Assembly (NCBI GenBank): GCA_963715595.1
Contig: OY970255.1
Span: forward strand, 1,663,784 to 1,727,783
Length of the DNA stretch: 64,000 nucleotides
Source of the DNA: an uncultured Actinomycetota bacterium
GTDB taxonomy: Bacteria; Actinomycetota; Actinomycetes; Actinomycetales; CAWJMD01
Reading direction: 5' to 3'
In this document: positions 1 to 9,316 of the stretch, one piece after another
Position numbering within the stretch: position 1 is the first letter of the stretch
Layout: each line of letters opens with the position of its first letter
Notes under the pieces: model-generated
Databases searched by the model: none
Told to the model about the DNA's origin: nothing
What the model saw: only the letters and a program-made list of their open reading frames with translations
Program-made: the position numbers and the translations under genes

Positions 1-62
1 GGGTCGGAGGTCGTTCAACGCGCGCGGACGGCAGGACGCATGCTGAGCCGGGCGCGCATGGG

Positions 63-1528
63 TCAGGTCGAACTGGTTGAGACCGCTGCTACGTACTGGG
101 CGTAGCCGGCTGCGGCGGTCCACGCGTGGCGTTCGATGGTGGCGGGGTGGTAGCCGAGAGCCTCGGCGATGACGGCGACCGGTGCGAGCTTGCTGAGCTC
201 CTCGAGGGTTCCGAGCCGGGCGGCGCGGGCGCCAAACACCTGCGTGAGCCGTGCGCGCAGGCTCATGGCGTGGATGTGACTGCCCGGGGACAGGCCGCGG
301 AACACCCAGTTGCTGGCGGGGTGGGCGGCGGTCTGGGTGTGCTCGGTGCTGGCCGCGAGTAGCCGCCAAGGCTCGTCGAGGGGCGCCGGGAGGGCGATGT
401 CGAGGCTGCCGAGTCGGACGGTGATCATGTCGTCGCTGACGGTGACGTCGTCCCAGGTGAGCCGGACGATCTTGTCGATCTGCTGGGCAAACACCAGCAC
501 CAGAAATCGCGGCGGCGCGGTCCCGTGGGGTCAGGTCGTCGGTGTGCACGACGCGCGCGATCGCGTGGTCCTGCTCGGTCGGGCTGAGCCGTCGGCTGGT
601 GCCGCGCCGGTGCTTGGGCACGGTGAGGTCGGCCGAGGCGAGGCAGCTCGTGATCGCCCAGCGCAGGAACCGGTCCGCGAGCAAGCGTGTGGACGGTCCG
701 GTCGCGATCCACCGGTCGAGGTGTGCCTGCCGCAGCTCGTCGAGCGTGATGCGTTCGGCCGTCAGCCAGTTCACCAGCTCGATCGCGACCGTGACGGTCT
801 GCTTGCTGGTCAGGAACATGCCCTGGGAGACGGCCTCGGAGTTGTGCATCCGGCGTAGGTGGTGCCAGCGGATGTACCGCTCGATGACCTCGCGCATCTG
901 CGGGTCGTCGACCCGGTCGACGGCCTGGGCGGCCCACTCCTGGTAGCGGATCATCGTCTCGTCCCGGCGGGGGAGGGCGCCGTGCTCGACCAGCAGCCCG
1001 CGGACGTAGTCGCGGGTGCGGCTGCGCGGCAGCCTGTCGAGCAGATCGTGCGTGATCATCGGGGCGAGCGCCAGGTCCTTCAGAAAGGCGCTGACGTGGG
1101 TCTGCCGGATCCAGGTCAGGCCGCTGTTGGCCCGCTTCATCGACTTCAACGCCGCGGCCATCGGCACCAGCTCGGGCGCCATCACGCCGGTGCGGGGATC
1201 AGTCAGGAGCTGGTCCACGACGACCGCGAGCTCGCACGGCCAGCACCGGCTGCCGCGGTAGAGCTCATCCTCCGCACCGCACTGCGAGCAGTCGAGGTTG
1301 AGCCGGACGCCGGAGCACCGGCGGCAGGCCGGTCGCTCGTCGATGCGGCCGGGTAGCACGCCGGTGTGTCCGCACGCGCAGGTGCCGCGGGTGCGCTTGG
1401 CCTGCTGGTAGCAGTAGCCGCAGACGCCGGCGTCGGGCCAGGTGGCGGCGATCGGGTAGTGCCCGCCGCAGCGCCCGCACGGTACCGGCCAGGCGTCGGG
1501 ATCGCTGGGCTTGCGCGGGTCTAGCCAT
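63..1528 (-). CDS. Tyrosine recombinase/integrase with a Cys-rich (multiple CxxC) N-terminal region. It has two apparent 1-nt frameshifts.
   Basis: My own translation of the minus strand gives PRKPSDPDAWPVPCGRCGG...CGYCYQQ...CACGH...CRRC...CSQCG...CWPCEL, followed by a core-binding-like region. The C-terminus is the ORF at 63-500 (..RLGTLEELSKLAPVAVIAEALGYHP..). The frame breaks at an extra t in a ttt run (plus-strand aaa at 505-507) and at the ccc run just after the ATG (plus-strand ggg at 1517-1519). The length of 1466 nt fits two extra bases. Confidence 0.7.
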
Positions 1529-1874
1529 CGGCGTCCGGCGGGATCAGCCGCACCCGGCGGGCGATCGGCTCGCCGGGCCTGACACCGAGGTCCTCCGGGC
1601 GACCTGGGGCGCTGGCGCTCTTCGCCGCGCGCAGCTCGACGAAGGGCTCGAACAGCTCATTCGGGGTGCAGTCGAGGATGTCGCACAGGGCGGCGAACGT
1701 GCGGGCCGGGATCCGCTCCGGTGTGCCTGTCACGAGTCGGTGGACCTGGGCGTTGGACAGGTTGATCCCGCGCGAGCGCAGCAGCGGGATCAGCTCGGTG
1801 GTCTTCCACAGGTTCCGCTGAGCCATCACCTGGCGCAGGTTCCACCGGTACCCGATCCGGCGCTGCTCGCTCAC
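1521..1874 (-). CDS. XRE-family helix-turn-helix transcriptional regulator
   Basis: The peptide VSEQRRIGYRWNLRQVMAQRNLWKTTELIPLLRSRGINLSNAQVHRLVTGTPERIPARTFAALCDILDCTPNELF is a typical HTH_XRE. Its GTG overlaps the upstream TGA (GTGA at 1871-1874). Its TAG overlaps the next ATG (ATGGCTAG at 1521-1528). Confidence 0.8.
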   Translation of the reverse strand: MSEQRRIGYRWNLRQVMAQRNLWKTTELIPLLRSRGINLSNAQVHRLVTGTPERIPARTFAALCDILDCTPNELFEPFVELRAAKSASAPGRPEDLGVRPGEPIARRVRLIPPDADG

Positions 1875-3130
1875 GTGGTGCTCCCGTCGGGCATCTCGCC
1901 GGTGCGGATGCGCCGGGCGATCATGCGCTGCACCGTTTTCTGCTTGAAGTCCGCCGACACCGACGTGTAGAGCGCGGTGGTGGAGGAGTACCCGTGGCCG
2001 ACCTGTTGCTGCACGAACAGCGGGTCGTAGCCGGCCTCGATCAGGTGCGTGACGTAGGAGTGCCTCAGCGCGTGCAACGTCAGCTCCTCGGGCAGCCCCG
2101 CTCGGCGGCGGATCCGCTGGAAGGCGCGATCGACGTTGCGCACCCCGGAGCCTTCGGCCCGTTCCGACGGCCACATCAGCGCAGACCGGTCGGCCGTGGG
2201 GAACCGTTCGCGTCCCTGCGGGGACAGCCAGAACGTCAGCAGGGGCACCACCTAGTCGAACTCGGGGACGGTCAGCACCGTCCGTCGTCGTGGGCCCGAG
2301 CCGCGGGTGCCCTTGGCCCACCTGACCTGGACCGCGCCGAACCGGTCGTAGGCCGGCACGTGCGGGTTCGGGCCGAAGTCGACGTGCTCGAGCATCGTCA
2401 CCTCGCGGCGCCGCAAGCCGTAGGCGTAGGCGACCTTGAAGGCGGTCGAGTCGCGCAGCGCCGGTAGCCACCGCTTGGAGCCCTTGGCGAACTCCTCGTC
2501 GACGACGTCGTCGGCCGCGTCGAAGAACGTCTGCAGCTCGATCTTGGTCAGGCTGCGCCTGGCCGGCGGCACCGCGTCGTCGGTGGTGTGCCGCGGAGCG
2601 TTCCAGTCGAACACCACCTGCGCGGGCAGCGCCCCGAACGTACGCTCGCAGAACGGGATCCAGCCGTACCGGGGTTCGGTCACGTAGGTGCAGAAGGCGC
2701 GGATCGCGCAGGCGTTGGCGCGCAGCGTGGACAGCGCGAGCTGCCGCTCGCCGCTGCGCCGGTCTGCCATGAACTCGTCGAAGTGGTGCGGCGACCACGT
2801 CCACGGGTATTCATTCGCGTGCTCCTGGAACCGGCTCACCAGCCGACCCGCGGCCAGGATGTGCGCCGTCGTCAGCCCCCGCGCCAGCTGCTGGGCACGC
2901 CAACCATCCAGCATCGCCTCGAACACCCGGTCCTCAGCCCGGAGCAGCCCGACGGCGTCGTCGACCAGGACCGCAGGGATCCGACCAGGCACCACCACGG
3001 GCAGGAACCTATGCGAGAAACTCTCATCTGATGAGAGCGACACGCGCTGACCTGCGACATCAGACTCCCGGCGCCGTCGACGGGTGCCACCTCGACCGAT
3101 AGGCCGTGAGCCGCTGACCTGCTGGGACAT
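1871..3130 (-). pseudogene. Tyrosine recombinase/integrase interrupted by an in-frame TAG
   Basis: The ORFs at 2252-3130 and 1871-2251 are in the same frame and are separated only by TAG (plus-strand cta at 2252-2254). The peptide reads ..TVLTVPEFD*VVPLLTFW.. . The catalytic motifs (HALRHSYVTHLIEAG, GHGYSSTTALYTSV) lie after the stop. Confidence 0.8.
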
Positions 3131-3328
3131 CGCGCGAGCATGCGGAGACGAGTTCTTGCATCTATCGCTACTCGTCCTAGTAGGCTACCGATAATGAGCA
3201 TTATGACAATCCAGGCGCACCGGAACCTGGGACGCCACGAACGGCACTCCCCTGTCGCAGGGTGCTGTCGGCGCACGGACGTGGTGGGGTGGTCCTCGGC
3301 GCCGCCCGCGCGCCGGTGAGGACACCAC

Positions 3329-4231
3329 GTGACCCAGGACCCTCGGCAGCGGCGCGAGCCCGCAACGCCGCCCGACCAGGCCGCCCACGCCGACGACCCG
3401 GCCGACGACCCGACCGACGATCCCTCCGGGCGGCGCGACGACGAGCGCACCACCGAGGAGAAGGACGACGCCCTCGACCGGGTCATCCTCGAGGGCCGTC
3501 CGCGCCTGCACCGCACGACGCCGGACCTGCTGGCGACCGGTGCGGTCGCGGGCATCGAGGTCGCGTTCGGCGTGCTCGCGCTCCTGCTGGTCGAGGAGGC
3601 GACGGGCAGCAGGCTGCTCGGCGCGCTCGCCTTCTCGATCGGCTTCGTCGCGCTGCGGCTCGGCCACAGCGAGCTGTTCACCGAGGGGTTCCACGTCCCG
3701 GTGATGGTCGTGCTCGCGCGAGAGGCCACGTGGGGTCAGCTGCTGCGGCTGTGGCTCGGCACGCTGGTGGGCAACCTCGTCGGCGGCTGGGCCGTGGCCT
3801 GGCTGATCGCAACCGCCCTGCCGAACCTGCACGCGGTCGCGGGTGAGAGCTCGCGGACGTTCACCGAGGCCCCTGCCGACCTGCGCACGGTTGCGCTGAC
3901 GGTGCTCGCGGGCGCCGCCATCACCCTGCTGACCCGGATGCAGAACGGCACCGAGGACGACGTCGCGAAGATCCTCGCCGCGGTGGGGATCGCGTTCGTC
4001 ATCGTCGGAGGCGGGCTGCTCCACTCGGTGCTCGACACCCTCATCATCTTCGTCGCGCTGCACGCCGGCGAGCCGGGTGCGACGTACGGCCAGTGGCTGC
4101 CGTTCTTCGCGATCGCGGTCGCCGGGAACCTCGTGGGTGGGCTCCTGCTCACGACGCTGCTGCGCGTCGTGCGCAGCCGCGAGCGGCTGATGCAGTGGCG
4201 CGCGACCGGCTCGCACGACGACGGGGCGTGA
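3329..4231 (+). CDS. Formate/nitrite transporter (FNT) family protein with an acidic disordered N-terminus
   Basis: Multi-TM protein with GHSELFTEGF and LLHSVLDT motifs typical of the FocA/NirC family. The start is uncertain. Confidence 0.8.
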   Translation: MTQDPRQRREPATPPDQAAHADDPADDPTDDPSGRRDDERTTEEKDDALDRVILEGRPRLHRTTPDLLATGAVAGIEVAFGVLALLLVEEATGSRLLGALAFSIGFVALRLGHSELFTEGFHVPVMVVLAREATWGQLLRLWLGTLVGNLVGGWAVAWLIATALPNLHAVAGESSRTFTEAPADLRTVALTVLAGAAITLLTRMQNGTEDDVAKILAAVGIAFVIVGGGLLHSVLDTLIIFVALHAGEPGATYGQWLPFFAIAVAGNLVGGLLLTTLLRVVRSRERLMQWRATGSHDDGA

Positions 4232-4285
4232 GGGCACGGACGGCCGGAGCGCCGTGGCTGCTCCCCCCGGCTAACGTGGCTTCCC

Positions 4286-5257
4286 GTGCGCATCCTCGTC
4301 GTCGGTGGCAGCGGGCACGTCGGCAGCTTCCTCGTCCCCCGGCTCGTCCGGGCCGGTCACGAGGTCACGACCATGAGCCGCGGCGAGCAACGGCCGTACG
4401 TCGACGACCCGGCGTGGGACGAGGTCGACCGGGTCCGCGTCGACCGGGTCGAGGAGGACGCCGCGGGCACCTTCGCCCACCGGGTTCTCGAGCACGAGCC
4501 CGAGGTCGTCGTCGACATGGTGTGCTTCTCCCCCGCGTCGGCCAGGGCCCTGGTCGACGGCCTGCGCGGCCGGGTCGAGCACCTGGTGCACTGCGGGTCC
4601 ATCTGGCGGTACGGCCCGAGCCGCACGCTGCCGGTCACCGAGCACAACGCCACCCCGCCGGTCGGTGAGTACGGCGTGCACAAGGCCGAGATCGCCCGGC
4701 TGCTGCGCGAGGAGACGGCGGACGGCGGGCTGGTGACGACCTCGCTGCACCCCGGCCACATCAGCGGTCCCGGGTGGGTGCCCATCGGCCCGCTCGGCAA
4801 CCTCGACACCTCCGTCTGGCGCACGTTGTCGGCCGGTGAGCCGCTGCGCGTCCCCGGCCTCGGTACCGAGGCCATGCACCACGTGCACGCCGACGACGTC
4901 GCCCAGGCGTTCGAGCTCGCCGTGACCCACCGCGACGCCGCGGCGGGGCTCGCCCTCGACGTCGTGGCCTCCACCGCGGTCACCGTGCGCGGCCTCGCCG
5001 AGGCCGGCGCCTCGTGGTTCGGCCGCGAGGCCGAGCTGACCAGCGTCGGGTGGGACGAGTTCCGCGCGGGGGTGTCGCCCGAGCACGCCTCGCAGAGCTG
5101 GGACCACCTGTGGCGCAACCACGTCGTGTCGATCGAGCCCACCCGCGAGGCCCTCGGCTACGCACCGGCTTTCGAGGCGCACGAGGCGGTCCTCGACGCC
5201 CTCCGCTGGCTGGTCGAGCACGAGCGCGTCGAGGTCGCCGGCCCGCTGGTGGTGTGA
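4286..5257 (+). CDS. NAD-dependent epimerase/dehydratase family protein
   Basis: N-terminal Rossmann motif MRILVVGGSGHVGSFLV. The length and composition fit an extended SDR. Confidence 0.85.
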   Translation: MRILVVGGSGHVGSFLVPRLVRAGHEVTTMSRGEQRPYVDDPAWDEVDRVRVDRVEEDAAGTFAHRVLEHEPEVVVDMVCFSPASARALVDGLRGRVEHLVHCGSIWRYGPSRTLPVTEHNATPPVGEYGVHKAEIARLLREETADGGLVTTSLHPGHISGPGWVPIGPLGNLDTSVWRTLSAGEPLRVPGLGTEAMHHVHADDVAQAFELAVTHRDAAAGLALDVVASTAVTVRGLAEAGASWFGREAELTSVGWDEFRAGVSPEHASQSWDHLWRNHVVSIEPTREALGYAPAFEAHEAVLDALRWLVEHERVEVAGPLVV

Positions 5258-5259
5258 GA

Positions 5260-5706
5260 GTGACCGCCGTGGACGACGAGAGCCCCTCCCCCACCTCGCA
5301 GGACCGCGGATCGCTGGTGCGGCAGGTGGTCTACGGCGTGCTCGCCGTCGCCGGTGCCGCGCTCACTGTGCCGTTCAACCTCCGCCACGACGGCACCGCG
5401 CTCGACTTCGTCCGGGACGCGACGTCGACACCGGCCGGCCTGTCGCTGTCGTTCGACCTCGTCGTGCTCGCGACGGCCTGCGTGGTGCTGGTGCTCGTCG
5501 AGTCCCGACGGCTGGGCATCCGGTGGCCGTGGGTCTACCTCGTCCTGTGCGCGCTGGTGGCGGCCGCGTTCGCGATCCCGCTGTTCCTGCTGGTCCGCGA
5601 GCGCGCCCTGCAGCGCCGGCGGCGGGAGGGTCAGGCCGGAGCACGCACCAGCACGGCGTCCAGCTCGATCACCCGCAGCGACCCGGCGTCGAACGAGACC
5701 GGGTAG
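5260..5706 (+). CDS. Small integral membrane protein (DUF2834-like)
   Basis: Hydrophobic segments (VVYGVLAVAGAALTVPF, LVVLATACVVLVLV, WVYLVLCALVAAAFAIPLFLLV). The GTG start is inferred. The 3' end overlaps the convergent gene. Confidence 0.5.
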   Translation: MTAVDDESPSPTSQDRGSLVRQVVYGVLAVAGAALTVPFNLRHDGTALDFVRDATSTPAGLSLSFDLVVLATACVVLVLVESRRLGIRWPWVYLVLCALVAAAFAIPLFLLVRERALQRRRREGQAGARTSTASSSITRSDPASNETG

Positions 5707-6344
5707 AGCCCGGCGACCGACCACCCGGCCCCGCCCGTCTCGGCCAGGTGCTCGTCCATCGTGGGCACGCCGTCGTAGATCGGGAGCAGCGCCACCTCGG
5801 TGACGACGGCCACGACCGGTCCCCCGGGCATCACCAGGTCGCCCGCACCGCGGAACGCCTCGAGGTCGTGGCCCTGCGTGTCGAGCTTCAGCAGCACCCG
5901 CGAGGCCCCGTGCGAGACCTCGTCCCACACCTCGTCGAGCCGGCGGACGTCGACGACCTCGTCGTGCGCGCGCCCCAGCACCTCCTTCCACGACCGTCCG
6001 AAGTCGGACGCCTCGCGCAGCGACCCGAGCTCGGACTCGTCGTCCACCGCGTTCAGCCGGGCGTCCCCCGACGAGGAGCCCAGGGCCTCCGGACGCACCC
6101 GCCACGCCTCGTCCTGCGCGGCGAGCCGCTCCAGCTCCGCGCGCGGCTGCGACGCCGGCTCGAACGAGACGACCGGACCGGCGTACCCCATCGCCCTCAG
6201 GGCGCCGGCGAACTGGCCCCGGTTGGCGCCCACGTCGAGCACCAGGTCGACGTCGAGGGCGCGCAGGAGCCACTCCAGGTGGGCGTCCCGGGAGCGTTCG
6301 CACAGCTCGCGCTGGCGCTGCAGCATCGTGGTCACGACCGGCAT
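5631..6344 (-). CDS. FkbM-family methyltransferase
   Basis: VLDVGANRGQFAG SAM-binding motif, and overall FkbM-like organisation. Confidence 0.8.
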   Translation of the reverse strand: MPVVTTMLQRQRELCERSRDAHLEWLLRALDVDLVLDVGANRGQFAGALRAMGYAGPVVSFEPASQPRAELERLAAQDEAWRVRPEALGSSSGDARLNAVDDESELGSLREASDFGRSWKEVLGRAHDEVVDVRRLDEVWDEVSHGASRVLLKLDTQGHDLEAFRGAGDLVMPGGPVVAVVTEVALLPIYDGVPTMDEHLAETGGAGWSVAGLYPVSFDAGSLRVIELDAVLVRAPA

Positions 6345-6400
6345 CCTGCCCGAGCCGCCGACTGGACGCCCGGCCGCAGGCCCTGGCAGGTTCGGCTTCC

Positions 6401-7429
6401 GTGGACGACTTCATCGCCGGACTGCCCAAGGCCGAGCTGCACGTGCACCACGTCGGGTCCGCGTCGCCGCGGATCGTCTCCGAGCTGGCCGCCCGGCACC
6501 CCGGCACGGTGCCGAGCGACCCCGACGAGCTGACGCGGTTCTTCGCGTTCCGCGACTTCGCCCACTTCATCGAGGTCTACCTGTCGGTGGTCGACCTGCT
6601 CCGCACGCCCGAGGACATCCGCTACCTCACCTACGAGGTCGGCCGCGAGCTGGCTGCCGGCCAGCAGGTGCGGTACGTCGAGCTCACCTGCACGCCCTAC
6701 ACGTCGGTGCGTCCGCACGAGGAGGGCCGGGGCATGCCGATCGAGGCGTACACCGAGGCCATCGAGGACGCCCGCGTGGCCGTCGAGCGCGACCTCGGGC
6801 TGGTGATGCGCTGGATCTACGACATCCCCGGCGAGGCCGGGCTGCCGTCAGCGGACTCCACGCTCGACTACGCGCTGCACCACGCGCCGGACGGCCTGGT
6901 CGGTTTCGGCCTCGGTGGACCCGAGATCGGTGTCCCCCGGGCGCAGTTCGCACCGCACTTCGAGGCGGCCCGCGCCGCCGGCCTGCGCAGCGTCCCCCAC
7001 GCGGGTGAGACCACGGGGCCGCAGACCATCTGGGACGCCTTGCAGCTGCTGGGCGCCGAGCGCATCGGCCACGGCACGACGGCGGTGCACGACCCCGCGC
7101 TGCTCGTCCACCTCGCCGAGCAGGGCGTCCCGCTCGAGGTGTGCCCGTCCTCGAACGTCGCGACGCGCGCGGTCGCGGCTCTCGACGAGCACCCGATCCG
7201 CGCGCTGCGCGACGCCGGTGTCGTCGTCACCGTCAACTCCGACGACCCGCCGATGTTCGGCACCACGCTGAACCGCGAGTACGAGATCGCCGCCGGGCTG
7301 CTCGACCTCGACCGCGCGGGTGTGGCCGAGCTCGCACGCACGGCTGTGCGCGCCTCGTTCGCCGACGACGCCACCCGGGCACGCGTCCTCGGCGAGATCG
7401 ACGAGTACGCGCGGGCGCACGGTGGATAG
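6401..7429 (+). CDS. add: Adenosine deaminase
   Basis: LPKAELHVHHVGS, HAGE and VNSDDPPMFGTTL metal and catalytic motifs. Confidence 0.9.
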   Translation: MDDFIAGLPKAELHVHHVGSASPRIVSELAARHPGTVPSDPDELTRFFAFRDFAHFIEVYLSVVDLLRTPEDIRYLTYEVGRELAAGQQVRYVELTCTPYTSVRPHEEGRGMPIEAYTEAIEDARVAVERDLGLVMRWIYDIPGEAGLPSADSTLDYALHHAPDGLVGFGLGGPEIGVPRAQFAPHFEAARAAGLRSVPHAGETTGPQTIWDALQLLGAERIGHGTTAVHDPALLVHLAEQGVPLEVCPSSNVATRAVAALDEHPIRALRDAGVVVTVNSDDPPMFGTTLNREYEIAAGLLDLDRAGVAELARTAVRASFADDATRARVLGEIDEYARAHGG

Positions 7430-7469
7430 GGCGGGCCGCTCCCACGGACAGCCGCCTACACTCCCCCGC

Positions 7470-8033
7470 GTGGCAGCCACCCCCTGCGTCGTCGTGACCG
7501 CGGGATGGAAGCTGCGGGCGCTCACCGTGCTCACCGGCGCCATGGCGGTCGGCCTGTGGCCGAACGCGATCGGTGTGCTCGACGGCGGGCTCGACGACGA
7601 GGGCCGCATCCCGTGGGTGGCCGAGGCGCTGGTCGCGGTGCTGCTGTGGACGTACACGCTCGCGTGCACCGCGGCGACCTGGGGCATCTGGTGGTTCCGC
7701 CAGACGTTCTCGGCGGACGAGGTCACCGTGCGGGTGGTCGGACCCACGGGGCGCATCCGGTTCGACACCGCCACCTCGCTGCAGGTCGGCGAGGCCCGGG
7801 TGCACACCGGACGGCTGGGCGGTGTGCGGCGCTACCGGCGGCTGAAGGTGACCGGTCCCGGGAAGCACGGCCTACCCACCACCGCCGGCGTCGACTCGAC
7901 GATGCGCAGCGATCGTGCAGCCCAGGCGGTGCTGCTGGAATGGGCTCGTCGCCGTCCCGAGCTGGTCGCCGACGACGAGACCCGTTCGTACCTGGACGAG
8001 ATCGCCTCCGTTCCCGCGGAGGGACGACGCTGA
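7470..8033 (+). CDS. Hypothetical membrane protein, first gene of the arr operon
   Basis: Two hydrophobic helices followed by a soluble tail. Its stop overlaps the next start (TGATG at 8031-8035). The start is either GTG 7470 or GTG 7494. Confidence 0.5.
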   Translation: MAATPCVVVTAGWKLRALTVLTGAMAVGLWPNAIGVLDGGLDDEGRIPWVAEALVAVLLWTYTLACTAATWGIWWFRQTFSADEVTVRVVGPTGRIRFDTATSLQVGEARVHTGRLGGVRRYRRLKVTGPGKHGLPTTAGVDSTMRSDRAAQAVLLEWARRRPELVADDETRSYLDEIASVPAEGRR

Positions 8034-8863
8034 TGTCCCCCGCCCTGCACGAGATCCGCACCCGCAACGCGCGCGTCCAGCAGTGGCAGGCCCTGCTGAC
8101 CAACCGGAACAAGCGGCAGCGCCTGCGCGCCTTCGTCGTGCAGGGCGTGCGGCCTGTCACGGTCGCGCTCGAGCACGGCTGGACGGTCGAGGCGGTCCTC
8201 GTCGACGGCAGCCGTCGCCTCTCCCGCTGGGCCGAGGACGTGCTGGCGACGGCGGGGGGCGAGCACTTCGCCCTCACCCCCGAGCTGATCGCCGAGCTCG
8301 GCGAGAAGGGCGACGACGCGCCGGAGCTCGTCGCCGTGCTGTCGATCCCCGACGACGACCTCGAGCGCGTCCGGGTGTCCGCCGACCTCCTCGGCGTCGT
8401 GTTCGACCGGCCCACCAACCCGGGCAACCTCGGCTCTGTGATCCGCTCCGCCGACGCGTTCGGCGCGCACGGGGTGGTGGTGACCGGGCACGCCGCCGAC
8501 CCCTACGACAGCGCCGCGGTGAGGGCCAGCACGGGGTCGCTGTTCGGCGTCCCCACCGTGAGAACCCCCTCCCCCGCCGCCGTCCTCGACTGGGTCGGAC
8601 GCCACCGCACCGCCGGCGTGCCCGTGCAGCTCGTCGGCACCGACGAGCGCGGCGACGTCGACGTCTTCGACGCCGACCTCACGGGGCCCACGCTGCTGCT
8701 CGTCGGCAACGAGACGACCGGTCTGAGCAGCGCCTGGCGCGAGGCCTCGGACCGGATGGTGCGGATCCCGATGGCGGGGTCGGCCAGCTCGCTCAACGCC
8801 GCCAACGCGGCCAGCGTCGTGCTGTACGAGGCCGTGCGGCAGCGCCGACGTGCTGCCCCGTGA
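8033..8863 (+). CDS. TrmH/SpoU-family RNA 2'-O-methyltransferase (TsnR-like architecture)
   Basis: C-terminal SpoU motifs (NPGNLGSVIRSADAFG, LLLVGNETTGLS, RIPMAGSASSLNAANAASVVLYE) plus an N-terminal substrate-binding-like domain. Confidence 0.85.
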   Translation: MSPALHEIRTRNARVQQWQALLTNRNKRQRLRAFVVQGVRPVTVALEHGWTVEAVLVDGSRRLSRWAEDVLATAGGEHFALTPELIAELGEKGDDAPELVAVLSIPDDDLERVRVSADLLGVVFDRPTNPGNLGSVIRSADAFGAHGVVVTGHAADPYDSAAVRASTGSLFGVPTVRTPSPAAVLDWVGRHRTAGVPVQLVGTDERGDVDVFDADLTGPTLLLVGNETTGLSSAWREASDRMVRIPMAGSASSLNAANAASVVLYEAVRQRRRAAP

Positions 8864-9303
8864 TCCCCGTGACGCACGACACCTGCGGCACGGTCGAGGG
8901 CCCGTTCTTCCACGGGACGCGGGTCGACCTGCCGCCCGGCACCGAGCTCGTCCCCGGCCACGGCTCGCACTTCCGTCCCACCCGGGCCCTGCGACACGTC
9001 TACTTCAGCGCCCTGCTCGACACCGCCGTGTGGGGCGCGGAGCTCGCCGCGGCGCTCACCGAGGACGGCGGTCGCGGGCACGTCTACGTCGTCGAGCCGC
9101 TCGGCCCGTTCGAGGACGACCCGAACGTCACCGACAAGCGCTTCCCCGGCAACCCGACGCGCTCGTTCCGGTCGACGTCTCCGTTGCGGGTCGTCCGCGA
9201 GGTGACGGATTGGCAGGGTCACGACCCGGACGCGCTGCGCCAGATGCTCGACCACCTCGCCGCTCTCCGCGAGCAGGGGCTCGACGTCATCGAGGAAGAC
9301 TGA
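8860..9303 (+). CDS. arr: NAD+-rifampin ADP-ribosyltransferase (Arr)
   Basis: GPFFHGT, HVYFSALLDTAVWGAELA, GHVYVVEPLGPFEDDPNVTDKRFPGNPTRSFRS and GLDVIEED closely match the Arr family as I recall it. GTG overlaps the upstream TGA (8860-8863). Confidence 0.9.
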   Translation: MIPVTHDTCGTVEGPFFHGTRVDLPPGTELVPGHGSHFRPTRALRHVYFSALLDTAVWGAELAAALTEDGGRGHVYVVEPLGPFEDDPNVTDKRFPGNPTRSFRSTSPLRVVREVTDWQGHDPDALRQMLDHLAALREQGLDVIEED

Positions 9304-9316
9304 GCCGCAGGGCTTC

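Larger units (their letters stand above)
1..3260 (-). mobile_element. Partial integrative/mobile module (recombinase, XRE regulator, recombinase). The left boundary is outside the window.
   Basis: Three coupled minus-strand genes, two of them tyrosine recombinases. The right flank (3131-3260) is visibly the least GC-rich stretch in the window and carries short palindromes (gacgagt..actcgtc; ataatgagcattat at 3191-3204). Confidence 0.5.

Noticed and set aside
7430-8860. Rifamycin-associated element (GC-rich 19-bp palindrome) upstream of arr
   Set aside because: I looked for a ggggcttgc..gcaagcccc-like palindrome upstream of the operon and of arr itself and did not see one. This is recorded as a negative from reading by eye, not from a search.
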